A stretch of DNA of 64,000 nt from Candidatus Latescibacterota bacterium (GTDB taxonomy: Bacteria > Latescibacterota > UBA2968 > GCA-2709665), in contig CBDDDZ010000005.1 in assembly GCA_965226795.1 (NCBI GenBank), positions 1,440,001-1,504,000 of the forward strand. Direction: 5' to 3'. Shown here one piece after another: positions 1 to 10,285 of this stretch. The first letter of the stretch is position 1; the number at the start of each line of letters is the position of its first letter. The translations under genes were made by a program, and so were the position numbers. The notes under the pieces are model-generated. The model did not search any database. It was given only the letters and a program-made list of their open reading frames with translations, and had not been told where the DNA came from.

Positions 1-181
1 CGGCTTTCTTGACGGCGGCGCTGATTTCCTCCATGGTCTCGTCGAGGTCGTCAGAGTCCTTCTCGCCAAGCAGACTCATGGCTTCTTCGGCTTCTTCTGC
101 CTGTCCCTCAATAACGATCTGTCTCTCACGACTCGAAGCCGGATTCTCTTCCTCGTCACGCTTGAAGATGCCCTTCAGCAT
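1..181 (-). CDS. Acidic hypothetical protein, 5' part only (runs off the window start)
   Basis: Own translation from ATG at 181: MLKGIFKRDEEENPASSRERQIVIEGQAEEAEEAMSLLGEKDSDDLDETMEEISAAVKKA..., open to the edge; promoter upstream. Confidence 0.6.
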   Translation of the reverse strand, partial: MLKGIFKRDEEENPASSRERQIVIEGQAEEAEEAMSLLGEKDSDDLDETMEEISAAVKKA

Positions 182-342
182 AAGGCCGCACCCCAATCTG
201 AAGCCAACACGAACACGTTGTTGTCAACGTTGAGTCCGCAGGCGAACTTCCAGTCTGGCCGACGCCCGTCCGGAATCCTGCGTTTTTCTCTACAGTGTGG
301 GCTTTCAATAGAAAGTCAGTAAACACGGATACACCTTTTCTA

Positions 343-371
343 AATATAACGGTGGTTTACCGATAAGTCAA
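343..371 (-). promoter_or_regulatory. sigma70-type promoter for the ORF at 181
   Basis: Minus strand TTGACT-17 nt-TATATT. Confidence 0.55.
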
Positions 372-403
372 TCTCCGGGGCACGAACCCGCATATTGGCA
401 AAT

Positions 404-1174
404 TCAAAGGCGCCGCAGGTGGAATCCGCCGTCGACGGGGATCGCCGCCCCAGTAGTGAAGTCGAAATACCCCAGGGCGACAGCGGCTACGGCTTTCCCG
501 ACGTCTTCGGGCAGACCCCAGCGCCGGATAGGCGTTAAGCCGTCCGCAATCCGCCGGTCATAGGTTTCTCTGACCGGGCCGGTCATATCGGTCTTGATAA
601 TGCCGGGCTGGATCTCATTTACGGTGATTCCGTGCTCCGCCAACCTACTTGCAAAAAGCGCGGTTACCATGCTGAGGCCAGCCTTGGATACACAATACTC
701 GCCTCTGGATGTGGAGCTTGCGAACGCTGAGATTGACGTGACGTTTACGATTCTGGCCTTCGGCACAATCTTATTCCTGGTTAACTGAATCATGTGGTTG
801 GCCGCCAGTTGGGTCAGGAAGTAGGGGCCCTTGAGGTTGGTATTGAGAACTTCATCGTAACTCTCGGGCGTGGCTTCCAGAATATCCGTGCGGGTTCGCG
901 GGGCAATGCCGGCGTTGTTAACGAGCAGGTCGAGACGGCCGAAACCATCCATTGTAAAATCAATCAGGCGCCGACTATCCTCGGGAACCGCGACAGACGC
1001 CCTGCAGATACGCGGCCGGCGATTTCGTTTCTCGACCTCGCCGGCCGTCTGTTCCGCGGCTTCCCGGTTTTTTTCGTAGTTGACAACGATATCATAACCG
1101 GCGTCGGCCAGACAAACGGCAATGGCGCTGCCGATACCCCGGCTCGAGCCCGTAACGAGTGCGACAGGGGCCAT
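404..1174 (-). CDS. SDR family oxidoreductase (3-ketoacyl-ACP reductase-like)
   Basis: TGSSRGIG Rossmann motif, NNAG, YCVSK catalytic motif, C-terminal PVDGG; start taken at MAPVALV. Confidence 0.9.
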   Translation of the reverse strand: MAPVALVTGSSRGIGSAIAVCLADAGYDIVVNYEKNREAAEQTAGEVEKRNRRPRICRASVAVPEDSRRLIDFTMDGFGRLDLLVNNAGIAPRTRTDILEATPESYDEVLNTNLKGPYFLTQLAANHMIQLTRNKIVPKARIVNVTSISAFASSTSRGEYCVSKAGLSMVTALFASRLAEHGITVNEIQPGIIKTDMTGPVRETYDRRIADGLTPIRRWGLPEDVGKAVAAVALGYFDFTTGAAIPVDGGFHLRRL

Positions 1175-1573
1175 GGTTTTTCCCCGTTGTTGGTGGGCGG
1201 AAGCCATTGACGGGTCCGGGAAATACAACGATTCCGGCAGCTTCCACCGTTTTCGTCAATCTTGTGAAAGCTTGACAGAGAGTCCCGATGTCTCTACGGA
1301 GTTTGTTTAAACACGGGGACGAGGCGAGACTCCGTGTTTCCCGCCTTAAAGATATGAATTTCTTCTCTCTGGTGTGGTTTTTTTGGGATGTGGGCATCGA
1401 ATGGGCCCCGGATTCCATCTTTAATCCGCACCAAGAATCCGGGCGGGCACGAGTCGTACGATAACGTCCGCATTGCCGGCCTATTTTCCTCATGGTGCGA
1501 CGATCTGTCGCCTATTTCGGTGTCCAGTCAAGAAGAAAGCGCGAATCGCGATTTTTGCTAAAGGAGGTACGAA

Positions 1574-2344
1574 TTGAGAAATCTCAAATTGGGAAGGTTT
1601 GCGGGTAAGGTGGCCATTGTTACGGGTGCATCTTCCGGTATTGGCGAGGGTACGGCGAATCTGCTCGCCGCCGAGGGCGCCCGTGTCATCGTGGCGGATC
1701 TGGACGTGGAGGGCGGTCAGCGGACCGTGGACAGGATTGCAACCGGCGGCGGCGAGGCGGTATTTGTCGAAGCCGACGTGAGCGAGGCTGCGCAGGTGCA
1801 GCAAATGGTGGCGCAAACCGTGGAAGTATTCGGCAGGCTGGATATTCTGCACAACAACGCGATCTGGTACGAAAACGCACCGGCCACCGAGTTGGAGGAA
1901 ACCGTGTGGGACAGGACGTTAAACACGGGTCTGAAAGCAATCTTTCTCGCGGCCAAGTACGCCATACCGGCAATGTTGAAGACAGGTGGCGGGTCGATTG
2001 TAAACACGGGTTCGGTGCACTCCCTTGTCGGGTTTGAGACCCATACGGCCTACGATGCCGCCAAAGCCGGGGTACTGGGCATTACTAGGGTCCTGGCGCT
2101 GGACTACGGGCCCGCAATCCGTGTAAACGCCGTGCTGCCCGGCGCGATTCTGACGCCGCTCTGGGACCGGATGAAGGTCACTGCGGATGATCGACGCCGG
2201 CTTGCCGAAATGGTGCCGGCCAAACGGCTGGGCACGGCTGCCGACATCGCGAACGCCGTCCTTTTCCTGGCCTCCGACGAGGCGTCGTTTGTTACCGGAG
2301 CGTCGCTCGTCGTGGATGGGGGAATGCTGGCGCGAACGATGTAA
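1574..2344 (+). CDS. SDR family oxidoreductase
   Basis: TGASSGIG, HNNA, YDAAK, LVVDGG; strong RBS AAGGAGGT before the TTG start. Confidence 0.9.
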   Translation: MRNLKLGRFAGKVAIVTGASSGIGEGTANLLAAEGARVIVADLDVEGGQRTVDRIATGGGEAVFVEADVSEAAQVQQMVAQTVEVFGRLDILHNNAIWYENAPATELEETVWDRTLNTGLKAIFLAAKYAIPAMLKTGGGSIVNTGSVHSLVGFETHTAYDAAKAGVLGITRVLALDYGPAIRVNAVLPGAILTPLWDRMKVTADDRRRLAEMVPAKRLGTAADIANAVLFLASDEASFVTGASLVVDGGMLARTM

Positions 2345-2510
2345 AACAGCACGCCAAATCGCCGATAATGTCTCCCGCTTCGGAGCGCAGAATCCGGAAT
2401 TGGCTCAGGACAAGGCCGGACAACTGCAATCTGGATCGTGCGCCCGGGCGCGGGTTCACAGAATAACCCTCGCGCGTTCGTGAACGGCGCGACACATGAC
2501 GCGGTCCGAA

Positions 2511-4244
2511 TCAGGTGTCGGTATGCCGGCGTGAAACCCTCAGCCGGGTGGTGGCCTCTCCGTCCACTTCAAGCGTGTCCGGTTTGATCACAACGCCATA
2601 TTCCGTTTCAGCAGTCTCCCTGCAGTAATACCCTCGTCTCACGTCTTCCAGGACCGCTTTTACCGATCGGGCAACGGGAGCGCCGTATCCGCCACCACCG
2701 GGGGTTTCAAGGCGGAGGCAATCGCCTTCAATCATGTGGATGCCTTCGTCCTTGGTGATGTGCGGAGGGCGGTATGCTTCCCCGCGTAGCGTGAAGGTGT
2801 GCTCGGCCGGTTTCCCCTGCTTGCCACCGAGCACCCCGAAGGGTCGGAATCGTCCCCGGTCTCCCAGCAGCGAAGCGCTCGCCTCACCGCGCCGGAGCCG
2901 GAACTCGAGGACGACGCCGAATCCGCCCCGGCGGCAGCCAGGGCCACCGGAGTCCTCACGAATGGCGTACGTCTTGAAGAGAACCGGGTACCGGGATTCG
3001 AAGATCTCCAGAGCCTGTGTGCGGGCTACTGCGATGGTGGGATTGCCGTTGGTGAGCCCGTCCGTCAGGAAGTTGCCGCCATAGCCCCCGCCAATAAAGG
3101 AGTAAAAGACGAAATATCCCCGTTCCGGATCGTCTCCGCCAACGGAGAGATTTGTGACGGTTCCCATGGGGCCGGCGTAACAGCGGTCAGGCAAGGCCTG
3201 GCTCATTGCGCCCAGTACTGTGTCGATCACGCGCTGACAGACTTCCGCCGCACAGCCCGAGACGGGACGCGGCGGCAGGGCGTGGAGAAAGGTGGTGGAT
3301 GGAATATTGAAGGTAAAGGGTTTGAAACAACCCCTGTTGATGGGAACATCCGGGAAGAAATGTTTGAAGGCAATGTAGACACCGGCCATCGTCGTGCTCA
3401 AGACGCTGTTGAGCGGCCCTCGACATGCCGGGCTGCTGTCCGAAAGGTCAATGTGAACGCTGTCGCCGTCAACCGTCATCTCAAGATGGATATGAAGCGG
3501 CTTCCAATCCACGCCGTCGCTGTCCACGTACTCGTCGAAGGTATAACGTCCGTCTGGAATGGTTGAGATGTGCTTCCGCATCAGCCGCTCGGAACGAAGT
3601 TCCAATTCGTTGACAATCTGGAACAAGGTCGCTTCTCCGTAGCGATTCATTAGAGCTGTCAGCCGATCTGAACCTAGGTTCAGCGACGCGACCTGAGCGA
3701 TGATATCCCCCTGGCGTTCGTCGGGTACACGTACGTTGTGCAAACTGATGTCGACCACTTCCTGATTGAGTTTGCCTTTGTCCATAAGCTTGAGAGGGGG
3801 CAGCCGCAGGCCTTCCTGATATACCTCCGTGGCTTTCGTAGAAAAGCCGCCCGGCACACGGCCGCCAATGTCAGGCCAGTGCCCGCTGTTGGCCAGGTAG
3901 AACGCGAGCTTTTTCCCATAGAAGAAAGGTTTGATCAATTTGACATCCATCAAATGGGTGCCGCCAAGGTAGGGGTCATTGACAATATAGAGGTCGCCCT
4001 CGGCGGGCGCCTTGAAACGGGCGATCGTTGAACGCACCGTGTGTTGCATAACGCAGATGAAATTCGGCAGGCCGCGCGGCCCCTGTGCGATAACGGAGCC
4101 GTCGTTCGCGGCATAGATACCGCTGGCCCGGTCGAGGCCGTCTGAAATCACCGGCGAAAAAGCCATGCGTTCCAGCGTGGCATCCATTTCATCCGCGATT
4201 TGTTCCAGGCTGCCGCGAACGACAGCCAGCGTGATCGGGTCCAT
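2511..4244 (-). CDS. Hydantoinase B / 5-oxoprolinase family protein
   Basis: MDPITLAV..EM, NDPYLGGTHLMD, HWPDIGG, EVYQEGLRLPP, DSGGPG.RRGG, TPGGGGYG. Confidence 0.92.
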   Translation of the reverse strand: MDPITLAVVRGSLEQIADEMDATLERMAFSPVISDGLDRASGIYAANDGSVIAQGPRGLPNFICVMQHTVRSTIARFKAPAEGDLYIVNDPYLGGTHLMDVKLIKPFFYGKKLAFYLANSGHWPDIGGRVPGGFSTKATEVYQEGLRLPPLKLMDKGKLNQEVVDISLHNVRVPDERQGDIIAQVASLNLGSDRLTALMNRYGEATLFQIVNELELRSERLMRKHISTIPDGRYTFDEYVDSDGVDWKPLHIHLEMTVDGDSVHIDLSDSSPACRGPLNSVLSTTMAGVYIAFKHFFPDVPINRGCFKPFTFNIPSTTFLHALPPRPVSGCAAEVCQRVIDTVLGAMSQALPDRCYAGPMGTVTNLSVGGDDPERGYFVFYSFIGGGYGGNFLTDGLTNGNPTIAVARTQALEIFESRYPVLFKTYAIREDSGGPGCRRGGFGVVLEFRLRRGEASASLLGDRGRFRPFGVLGGKQGKPAEHTFTLRGEAYRPPHITKDEGIHMIEGDCLRLETPGGGGYGAPVARSVKAVLEDVRRGYYCRETAETEYGVVIKPDTLEVDGEATTRLRVSRRHTDT

Positions 4245-4302
4245 GACAAGGGTGTTCCCGGTCGAAATTACGACGTCCGGCGGCCGTGCGCCCGACCAGC
4301 GG

Positions 4303-6399
4303 CTACGCTGGAGCGTGGCGTGTATGCTCCGCACGGGTTGACTCAATGAGAAAGCTGCCGCCGCCCAACACGCGGGCGCGGATGGATGGATCCAGCCAGA
4401 CGGTTGTATCGGATTGTTCGATGACGGCCGGCCCGGTCAGTTCAGAATCCCAGGGAATTCTGGAACGCTCGTAGGTAGGGCACCGAACGAAACGGTCGTC
4501 GACCCAGACGTCGCGGCTTCCCTTGTAGGCCTGATCCAGCGTTGTCCTCGGCGGGGTCAGAAATGAACCCAGAGAACGGTGTTTCCTCATGCCTATAATA
4601 GAGGTCCGCAGGTTGAATAGTCGAACGGGAATGCCGTCCAGCAAGGCCTCCAGGTGGCCGAAGCCGTCGTGGGCACTTCCGTAACGCTGAAGGTACGCGG
4701 TTCTGAACCGCAACGCGATGCTCTCGGGACTCACATCGCCACCCGGCAACGCGGTACGGATAACGTGGGCCTGGCCTTCGTAGGCGATGTCAGCTTCACG
4801 GAGCAGGTGAATACGGCTCAGGGGCAGATTTACCTGTTTCAGAAATGCTTTTCCCCGCGCCTGGTCATCATCGAAGATACGCCGGATTTCGGTCGGGTCC
4901 AGGTCGTCGATTCGGCGGTTGACCATCGTCACGTAGTCCCGTTTCACGTCCGCGATGGCGCAGCCCCACGCGGACGTGATGCCCGGGTGATAAGGGACGA
5001 GACCCTGTGGGATACCGAGTTCATCCATCAGAAAACCAATCAGCAGGGGTCCGCTTCCACCAAAGGCGAAGAGGGCGAAGTCTCTGGGGTCCCTCCCACG
5101 ATCGATAGAGATTCGCCGCAGGCTGCCTGCAATGCGGTTGTTGGTTACGGCAACGACGGCCCGGGCGGCCTCCGCCGCCGAGAGGCCAAGCGGCCCGGCG
5201 ACGTGTCCTTTCAATGCAGACCGGGCTTTCGGCAGGTCAAAGGAAAATCCTTCCTTGCCGGCAATGGGGTATTCGGGGTTGATCCGACCAAGCACAAGGT
5301 TCGCATCGGTTAACGTCGGAAGGTGGCCACCCCTTCCGTAACACGCCGGTCCCGGGTCCGCGCCGGCGCTTTCCGGGCCGACCTGAAGGATGCCGCCCTC
5401 GTCTATGCGCGCTATGCTGCCACCGCCCGCGCCCACGGTTTGGATGTCGATCATGGATAACAGGATCGGAATGCCGAAATCAAGCTCGGTTCCGTGGGTC
5501 TGCACAGGGATGCCGTCCGTCACCAGTGAGACGTCCAGGCTGGTACCGCCCATATCGTAGGCGATGAGATCTCGGATTTCGCTCTCGGCGGCGATGGCCG
5601 TTGCGGCGATTACGCCCGCCGCCGGCCCTGACAGTACGGTCTGAACGGCGTATCTGCCTGCCTCATCGGCGGGTACCATGCCTCCGTTGGATTGCATAAC
5701 GAGCAGATTGGTACGATAACCCCTCTGATTCAGGCTGGGTTCCAGGTTGTTTAAATAGCGACTAACGACGGGTTGGACGTACGCGTTCACGACGGCTGTG
5801 CTGGTGCGTTCGAATTCCCGAATCAGCGGGAGGACATCGGCAGACGCGACTACGTACAGTTCCGGATAGCGATTCTCAATAAGCGATTTCGCCCGGCGTT
5901 CGTGGATCGGGTTGGCGTACGAATTCATAAACGAGATTACGATGGAATCGACGTTTTCGGCTGTGAGTCTGTCTGCACACTCAATGACCGCGTCCTCGTC
6001 GAGCGGAACAAGCACCTCACCCTCCGCGGAAATGCGTTCGGTAACCTCCAGGCGGCGGTTGCGCGAAATGAGGGGTTCATAGGTTCCGGTAAGCCCGTAG
6101 AGATGGGGCCGGTCCCGTCGCCGGAGTTCCAGAATATCCCGGAAACCCCCTGTGGCGATGAGACCGCAGAGGCCGCCCTTACGTTCGAGGACGGCGTTCG
6201 TCGCTACGGTGGTGCCGTGTATGACGAGTTCGATTCCACTGTCCGCAGCGTCCAGGTCGTCTATACCCTCAAGCAACCCTTGCGAAGGATCTCCGGGTGT
6301 CGTGGGGACCTTCCTGACGACCAGGGACGGCCCGGAATCATCCAGAATCAGGATATCCGTGAAGGTGCCCCCGATGTCGACGCCAACAAGCCTGGGCAT
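4303..6399 (-). CDS. Hydantoinase A / 5-oxoprolinase family protein
   Basis: GVDIGGTFTD, HGTTVATNA, SGPAAG, DMGGTS, GAGGGSIA, GPESAGADPGPACYG; start at MPRLV. Confidence 0.92.
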   Translation of the reverse strand: MPRLVGVDIGGTFTDILILDDSGPSLVVRKVPTTPGDPSQGLLEGIDDLDAADSGIELVIHGTTVATNAVLERKGGLCGLIATGGFRDILELRRRDRPHLYGLTGTYEPLISRNRRLEVTERISAEGEVLVPLDEDAVIECADRLTAENVDSIVISFMNSYANPIHERRAKSLIENRYPELYVVASADVLPLIREFERTSTAVVNAYVQPVVSRYLNNLEPSLNQRGYRTNLLVMQSNGGMVPADEAGRYAVQTVLSGPAAGVIAATAIAAESEIRDLIAYDMGGTSLDVSLVTDGIPVQTHGTELDFGIPILLSMIDIQTVGAGGGSIARIDEGGILQVGPESAGADPGPACYGRGGHLPTLTDANLVLGRINPEYPIAGKEGFSFDLPKARSALKGHVAGPLGLSAAEAARAVVAVTNNRIAGSLRRISIDRGRDPRDFALFAFGGSGPLLIGFLMDELGIPQGLVPYHPGITSAWGCAIADVKRDYVTMVNRRIDDLDPTEIRRIFDDDQARGKAFLKQVNLPLSRIHLLREADIAYEGQAHVIRTALPGGDVSPESIALRFRTAYLQRYGSAHDGFGHLEALLDGIPVRLFNLRTSIIGMRKHRSLGSFLTPPRTTLDQAYKGSRDVWVDDRFVRCPTYERSRIPWDSELTGPAVIEQSDTTVWLDPSIRARVLGGGSFLIESTRAEHTRHAPA

Positions 6400-6567
6400 G
6401 TTATTCCCTTTGCGGGGGGACCGGCTTCCGACGACGCTCGTGAATCGCAAGCGTGCTGACGGACGGGTTCCTCCTTTTCAATCTTGACCGGGCCGGGTAC
6501 TTCTCTTAAATTTGAAAGGGTTTGACCAGGGATCGATGCGAACTTTCGCACGTTGCGGGGAATCCGG

Positions 6568-7323
6568 ATGCCAAGAGGACATTGCCATTTTGCATTGCTG
6601 GCAGCCATGCACGAACGTTTTCACGCGGAATATCCCGAGGCAGCCACGCTTGCGGATGAATATACGCCGGATCTGCTCGCCGGCACGTGCGCGCCGGACG
6701 GACTGCGTTTTGTGGGGAAGAAAGATAAATTCGCCACCCACTTTTATACCGACGATCGCCGGGAGACGTGGGGGCGGTCGGTTGCGGGACTGTTCGGCAC
6801 GCATCCCGATCTGGCCGATCCCCGGCGCCTTTCGGGTGCGGATGTGGCGGTGATGCTCGGGTACATCTCCCACCTGACCGCAGACGAGGCGTTTCGAGAT
6901 GAAGTGACCGTACACGTTTACGGCGTTGAAGACTGGCGACCGATCATTATGGGTCTGTGGTCGATGGTGGACGGTTTCTCCATCGACAATGCCAACTATA
7001 TGACCGAGGTTCACCGATTCGGACGCAAGGACAGCGTTGGCTTTATCGATTGCAGGGTTGTGGGCCGATACCTGGACCTGATCAGACCCTGGGCGATCGA
7101 GGACGACCCCTGGGAATTGGAACGCATATTTCTCCGATTGAGACGTTGCGAAATGCCGGAAGACGAAGCGAGGCGGACCTGGGAGAAGAACGTGGAGATC
7201 GCGGCGCCATTTCTCGATGAATGTCGGCGGATGCGGTTTTACAGGGCGGCCGTGGACGCGGCGATGGCGGAGACCGTCCGATATCTGGAGGGGGATTACG
7301 CATCACCGGAAAGGGGTAACTGA
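6568..7323 (+). CDS. Hypothetical protein, zinc-dependent phospholipase C-like
   Basis: N-terminal MPxxxxH, LAGTCAPD, THFY and GYISHLTAD pattern typical of Zn_dep_PLPC-like proteins; stop overlaps the next start (TGATG). Confidence 0.6.
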   Translation: MPRGHCHFALLAAMHERFHAEYPEAATLADEYTPDLLAGTCAPDGLRFVGKKDKFATHFYTDDRRETWGRSVAGLFGTHPDLADPRRLSGADVAVMLGYISHLTADEAFRDEVTVHVYGVEDWRPIIMGLWSMVDGFSIDNANYMTEVHRFGRKDSVGFIDCRVVGRYLDLIRPWAIEDDPWELERIFLRLRRCEMPEDEARRTWEKNVEIAAPFLDECRRMRFYRAAVDAAMAETVRYLEGDYASPERGN

Positions 7324-8336
7324 TGGCAACGTACCGCGTCGGTGTGATCGGTTGCGGAGGCATCGGCGTCGAGCATGCCGCGGGCCTTGCGCATCTGCAG
7401 AATACGACCCTTGCGGCCGCGTGCGACCTGGAGATGCTGACGCTTACGAGATTCAGAGACCGATGGCATGGTGAATGGCCCGAACTCGATCTCTATACAG
7501 ATTACCGGGAAATGCTGGCGAGGGAGGATCTTGATATTGTCACCGTGGCGACATCCGACGACCGGCACGCCGATCTGGTGGTGGATGCGGCCAACGCGGG
7601 TGTGAAGGGAATCTTCTGCGAGAAACCACTGGCAACCAATTTAGCCGACGCCGACCGGATGTTGTATGCTGCTGAACGCAACGGCGTGATTCTTTCCGTC
7701 GATCACACGCGACGTTTCCAACCGCTGTGGCGCCATATCAAGGAACAGATTGTGGATGGCGGGGAGATCGGGGCCGTGCAGTACATCGTGGGGGCGCTGA
7801 ATGGCCCGCGTGCCATGTTGTTCAGAAATGGCACCCACCTCGTGGATTCGATATGTTATTATGCAGATTCGGATCCGGATTGGGTGTTCGCAGAATTGGA
7901 AGCCGGGTATGAGGATTACTCGGAGTACAGGGGCGATGGCGGTCACGACCCGGCGACCGAGCCGACGGCCAGCGGCTATATCCATTTCGCCAACGGTGTG
8001 CGAGGTTTCTTTGCGGGTGGTTCGAAAGCCTCCGCGGATCCGAAGTTCAGGTGTGAAATTGTGGGTACAACCGGATATGTTGAGATCACCCGCGACAATG
8101 CCGTACTCATTCGCGGCGATGAACGAGAAGAGATTCAGGCGCCTTTGTGGCCCGTACGCGGTATTCGCGCCGGGGTAAGGGAATTGGTACGCCTGGTCGA
8201 TGAAGGCGGCGATCAGGTTTCCCCGGCAAAGGATGCGCACCGGGTCGTGGAGATCATTGTCGGGTTCCTTGAGTCGCAGCGTTTGGGAAATGTGCGGGTG
8301 GATCTGCCGATTCCTCTCGAGCGCAGGGGAACATAG
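7323..8336 (+). CDS. Gfo/Idh/MocA family oxidoreductase
   Basis: VGVIGCGGIG, CEKPLA, NGTHLVD. Confidence 0.92.
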   Translation: MATYRVGVIGCGGIGVEHAAGLAHLQNTTLAAACDLEMLTLTRFRDRWHGEWPELDLYTDYREMLAREDLDIVTVATSDDRHADLVVDAANAGVKGIFCEKPLATNLADADRMLYAAERNGVILSVDHTRRFQPLWRHIKEQIVDGGEIGAVQYIVGALNGPRAMLFRNGTHLVDSICYYADSDPDWVFAELEAGYEDYSEYRGDGGHDPATEPTASGYIHFANGVRGFFAGGSKASADPKFRCEIVGTTGYVEITRDNAVLIRGDEREEIQAPLWPVRGIRAGVRELVRLVDEGGDQVSPAKDAHRVVEIIVGFLESQRLGNVRVDLPIPLERRGT

Positions 8337-8369
8337 CCAGGAGGAACGCGGAAAAAAACGCGATAACGC

Positions 8370-8398
8370 TTGCCCGGGTCTTCAAAAGGCCCTATTTT
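8370..8398 (+). promoter_or_regulatory. Possible sigma70 promoter upstream of the VOC gene
   Basis: TTGCCC-17 nt-TATTTT. Confidence 0.35.
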
Positions 8399-8574
8399 AC
8401 TCATTCTTGATCAAAATCGAACTCACAGATCGGGACGCGTTCGCCACGGAACACGACCTGACAGGCCGTCTCTCCGGGGACGGCCCGTACAGTCCCGAGG
8501 ACGAGACTGATGCGCGCCCGAGTTCGTTTTTACCGCGCCGTCCAAAGGCGGAACTTCAATAGGAGAGTCAGGTA

Positions 8575-8964
8575 ATGTTGTACTTTGAGCATACCGCATT
8601 TCTCGTTGACAATGCGAAGGCCGTAGCGGATTGGTGGTGCGAAAATCTTGGTATGGAAATGGTTCGGTACGGCGGGCCACCTTCGCACATGACCTTTCTG
8701 AGGGACGCCTCGGGAAAAACCATGTTTGAGATTTATGAAAATGATACGCTGAATACACCTGAATATGTATCGATGCATGTCTCGATTCTCCACTTCGCAT
8801 TCTACACCGACGACATCGAAGGGGAACGGGATCGGCTGCTTGCCTCGGGCGCCACGCTCGTGGACGACGTGTATGTAACCGACGCGGGGGACCAGCTGGC
8901 CATGCTGCGGGACCCATGGGGGGTGGCTATTCAGGTCCTTAAGCGTAAGGATCCGATGGTCTGA
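8575..8964 (+). CDS. VOC (glyoxalase) family protein
   Basis: FEHTAF, LHFAF, LRDPWG.IQ; RBS AGGAG. Confidence 0.88.
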   Translation: MLYFEHTAFLVDNAKAVADWWCENLGMEMVRYGGPPSHMTFLRDASGKTMFEIYENDTLNTPEYVSMHVSILHFAFYTDDIEGERDRLLASGATLVDDVYVTDAGDQLAMLRDPWGVAIQVLKRKDPMV

Positions 8965-9018
8965 AGTTCAACCGGTTGTGAGTGATGGGTGTCGTCGCGC
9001 TCGCAATGGTCCGGAGGG

Positions 9019-10065
9019 ATGATGCCAGTCATCGAGGTTGGAAGGTTGGAGCAGGTTTGTGCGCGGGTAATGCAAGGGGCTGGGTTGTCCGAAACGGAGG
9101 CCCGGAGAATCGCCCATTCGCTTGTGCTTGCTAATTTGATGGGCCACGATTCACACGGTGTGATCAGGCTTCCGCAGTACGTGCAGGCCCTGGAGGACGG
9201 TATTGTAAAGGCCGGGCGGGTCATTCGCGTCACTCGCGAGGCGGATGCATCGGCGGTGGTCGACGGGCAGTGGGGCTTCGGGCAGACGGTTTGCGCGCAA
9301 GCCATGGAACTGGCGATGCGAAAGGCGCGCGAGACATCCGTCGCGGCAGTGGAGTTGTTCAATAGCAGCCATATCGGACGCCTCGGAGAATATGTGGAGC
9401 AGGCCGCCGTGAGCGGCATGATCGGCGTCGTCATGTGCAACAACCACGGTGGCGGCCGGCTGCTTTCCCCGTTCGGCGGGATCGACGCCCGGATGTCTCC
9501 CAATCCTTTAGCCATTGGCGTGCCAACGGGCGGCGCGTTTCCGATTGTTGTGGATATGACAACCAGCGTGGTTGCGGAAGGCAAGATTCGCGTGAAGCGC
9601 AACCGCGGCGAACCCCTGCCGGCAGGGTGGGCGATCGACGCGGAAGGCAGGCCCGTGGAACACCCCGACGACTTCTACGGTCCGCCGCGAGGGGCGATTC
9701 TGCCATTCGGGGGGAATGCGGCGCATAAGGGTTACGCGCTGGCGGTTGTCATCGACATTCTCTCCGGCGCTCTGGGGGGCGGCGGATGCAGCCGCGAGGG
9801 GGCCCCATCCGGCGGAAACGGTGTTTTTCTGATGGCGATCGACATTCAAGCGTTTACGCCCCCGGAGCGGTTCCGCGACGAAGTGGATGGCTTCGTCGAT
9901 TATTTGAAGAGTTCACGGCTGATGCCCGGGTCTGACGGGATCCACCTGCCCGGTGAAATCGAGTACCGCCTGCGCCGAAAGGGCGAAACCGAGGGTGTGT
10001 TTGTGGACGACGAAACCTGGCGCCAGATCGGCGAGACGGGTGACAGGGTTGGCGCGGCCGTTTAA
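9019..10065 (+). CDS. Ldh_2 family (malate/L-lactate/ureidoglycolate dehydrogenase-like) oxidoreductase
   Basis: GHDSHGVIRL, SHIGRLG, NPLAIG.P, DMTTS, HKGYAL, LPGE. Confidence 0.9.
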   Translation: MMPVIEVGRLEQVCARVMQGAGLSETEARRIAHSLVLANLMGHDSHGVIRLPQYVQALEDGIVKAGRVIRVTREADASAVVDGQWGFGQTVCAQAMELAMRKARETSVAAVELFNSSHIGRLGEYVEQAAVSGMIGVVMCNNHGGGRLLSPFGGIDARMSPNPLAIGVPTGGAFPIVVDMTTSVVAEGKIRVKRNRGEPLPAGWAIDAEGRPVEHPDDFYGPPRGAILPFGGNAAHKGYALAVVIDILSGALGGGGCSREGAPSGGNGVFLMAIDIQAFTPPERFRDEVDGFVDYLKSSRLMPGSDGIHLPGEIEYRLRRKGETEGVFVDDETWRQIGETGDRVGAAV

Positions 10066-10285
10066 TTGCGCTTGTGAGTCAAGGTTGGAGCCAGTGAGCC
10101 CGCACGACTCGATTTTGCGACCCATCGCCTCGATGATCGGGCAATAACGCCACCTGTACGATGAACGAGCGCCTGCCGGATGGTAGAAGACGCGACGATA
10201 TCGACGAATGTCCGCGGCGCAATGGAAGCGTACGCCGGAAAACGATAATCCTTAATGATTGGAAACTGCAAACGGGAGATCACCG

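Noticed and set aside
8488..8512. Hammerhead-like GTCC-CGA-GGAC-GAGAC segment
   Set aside because: The CUGANGA core is not placed before the stem, and GAAA is absent.
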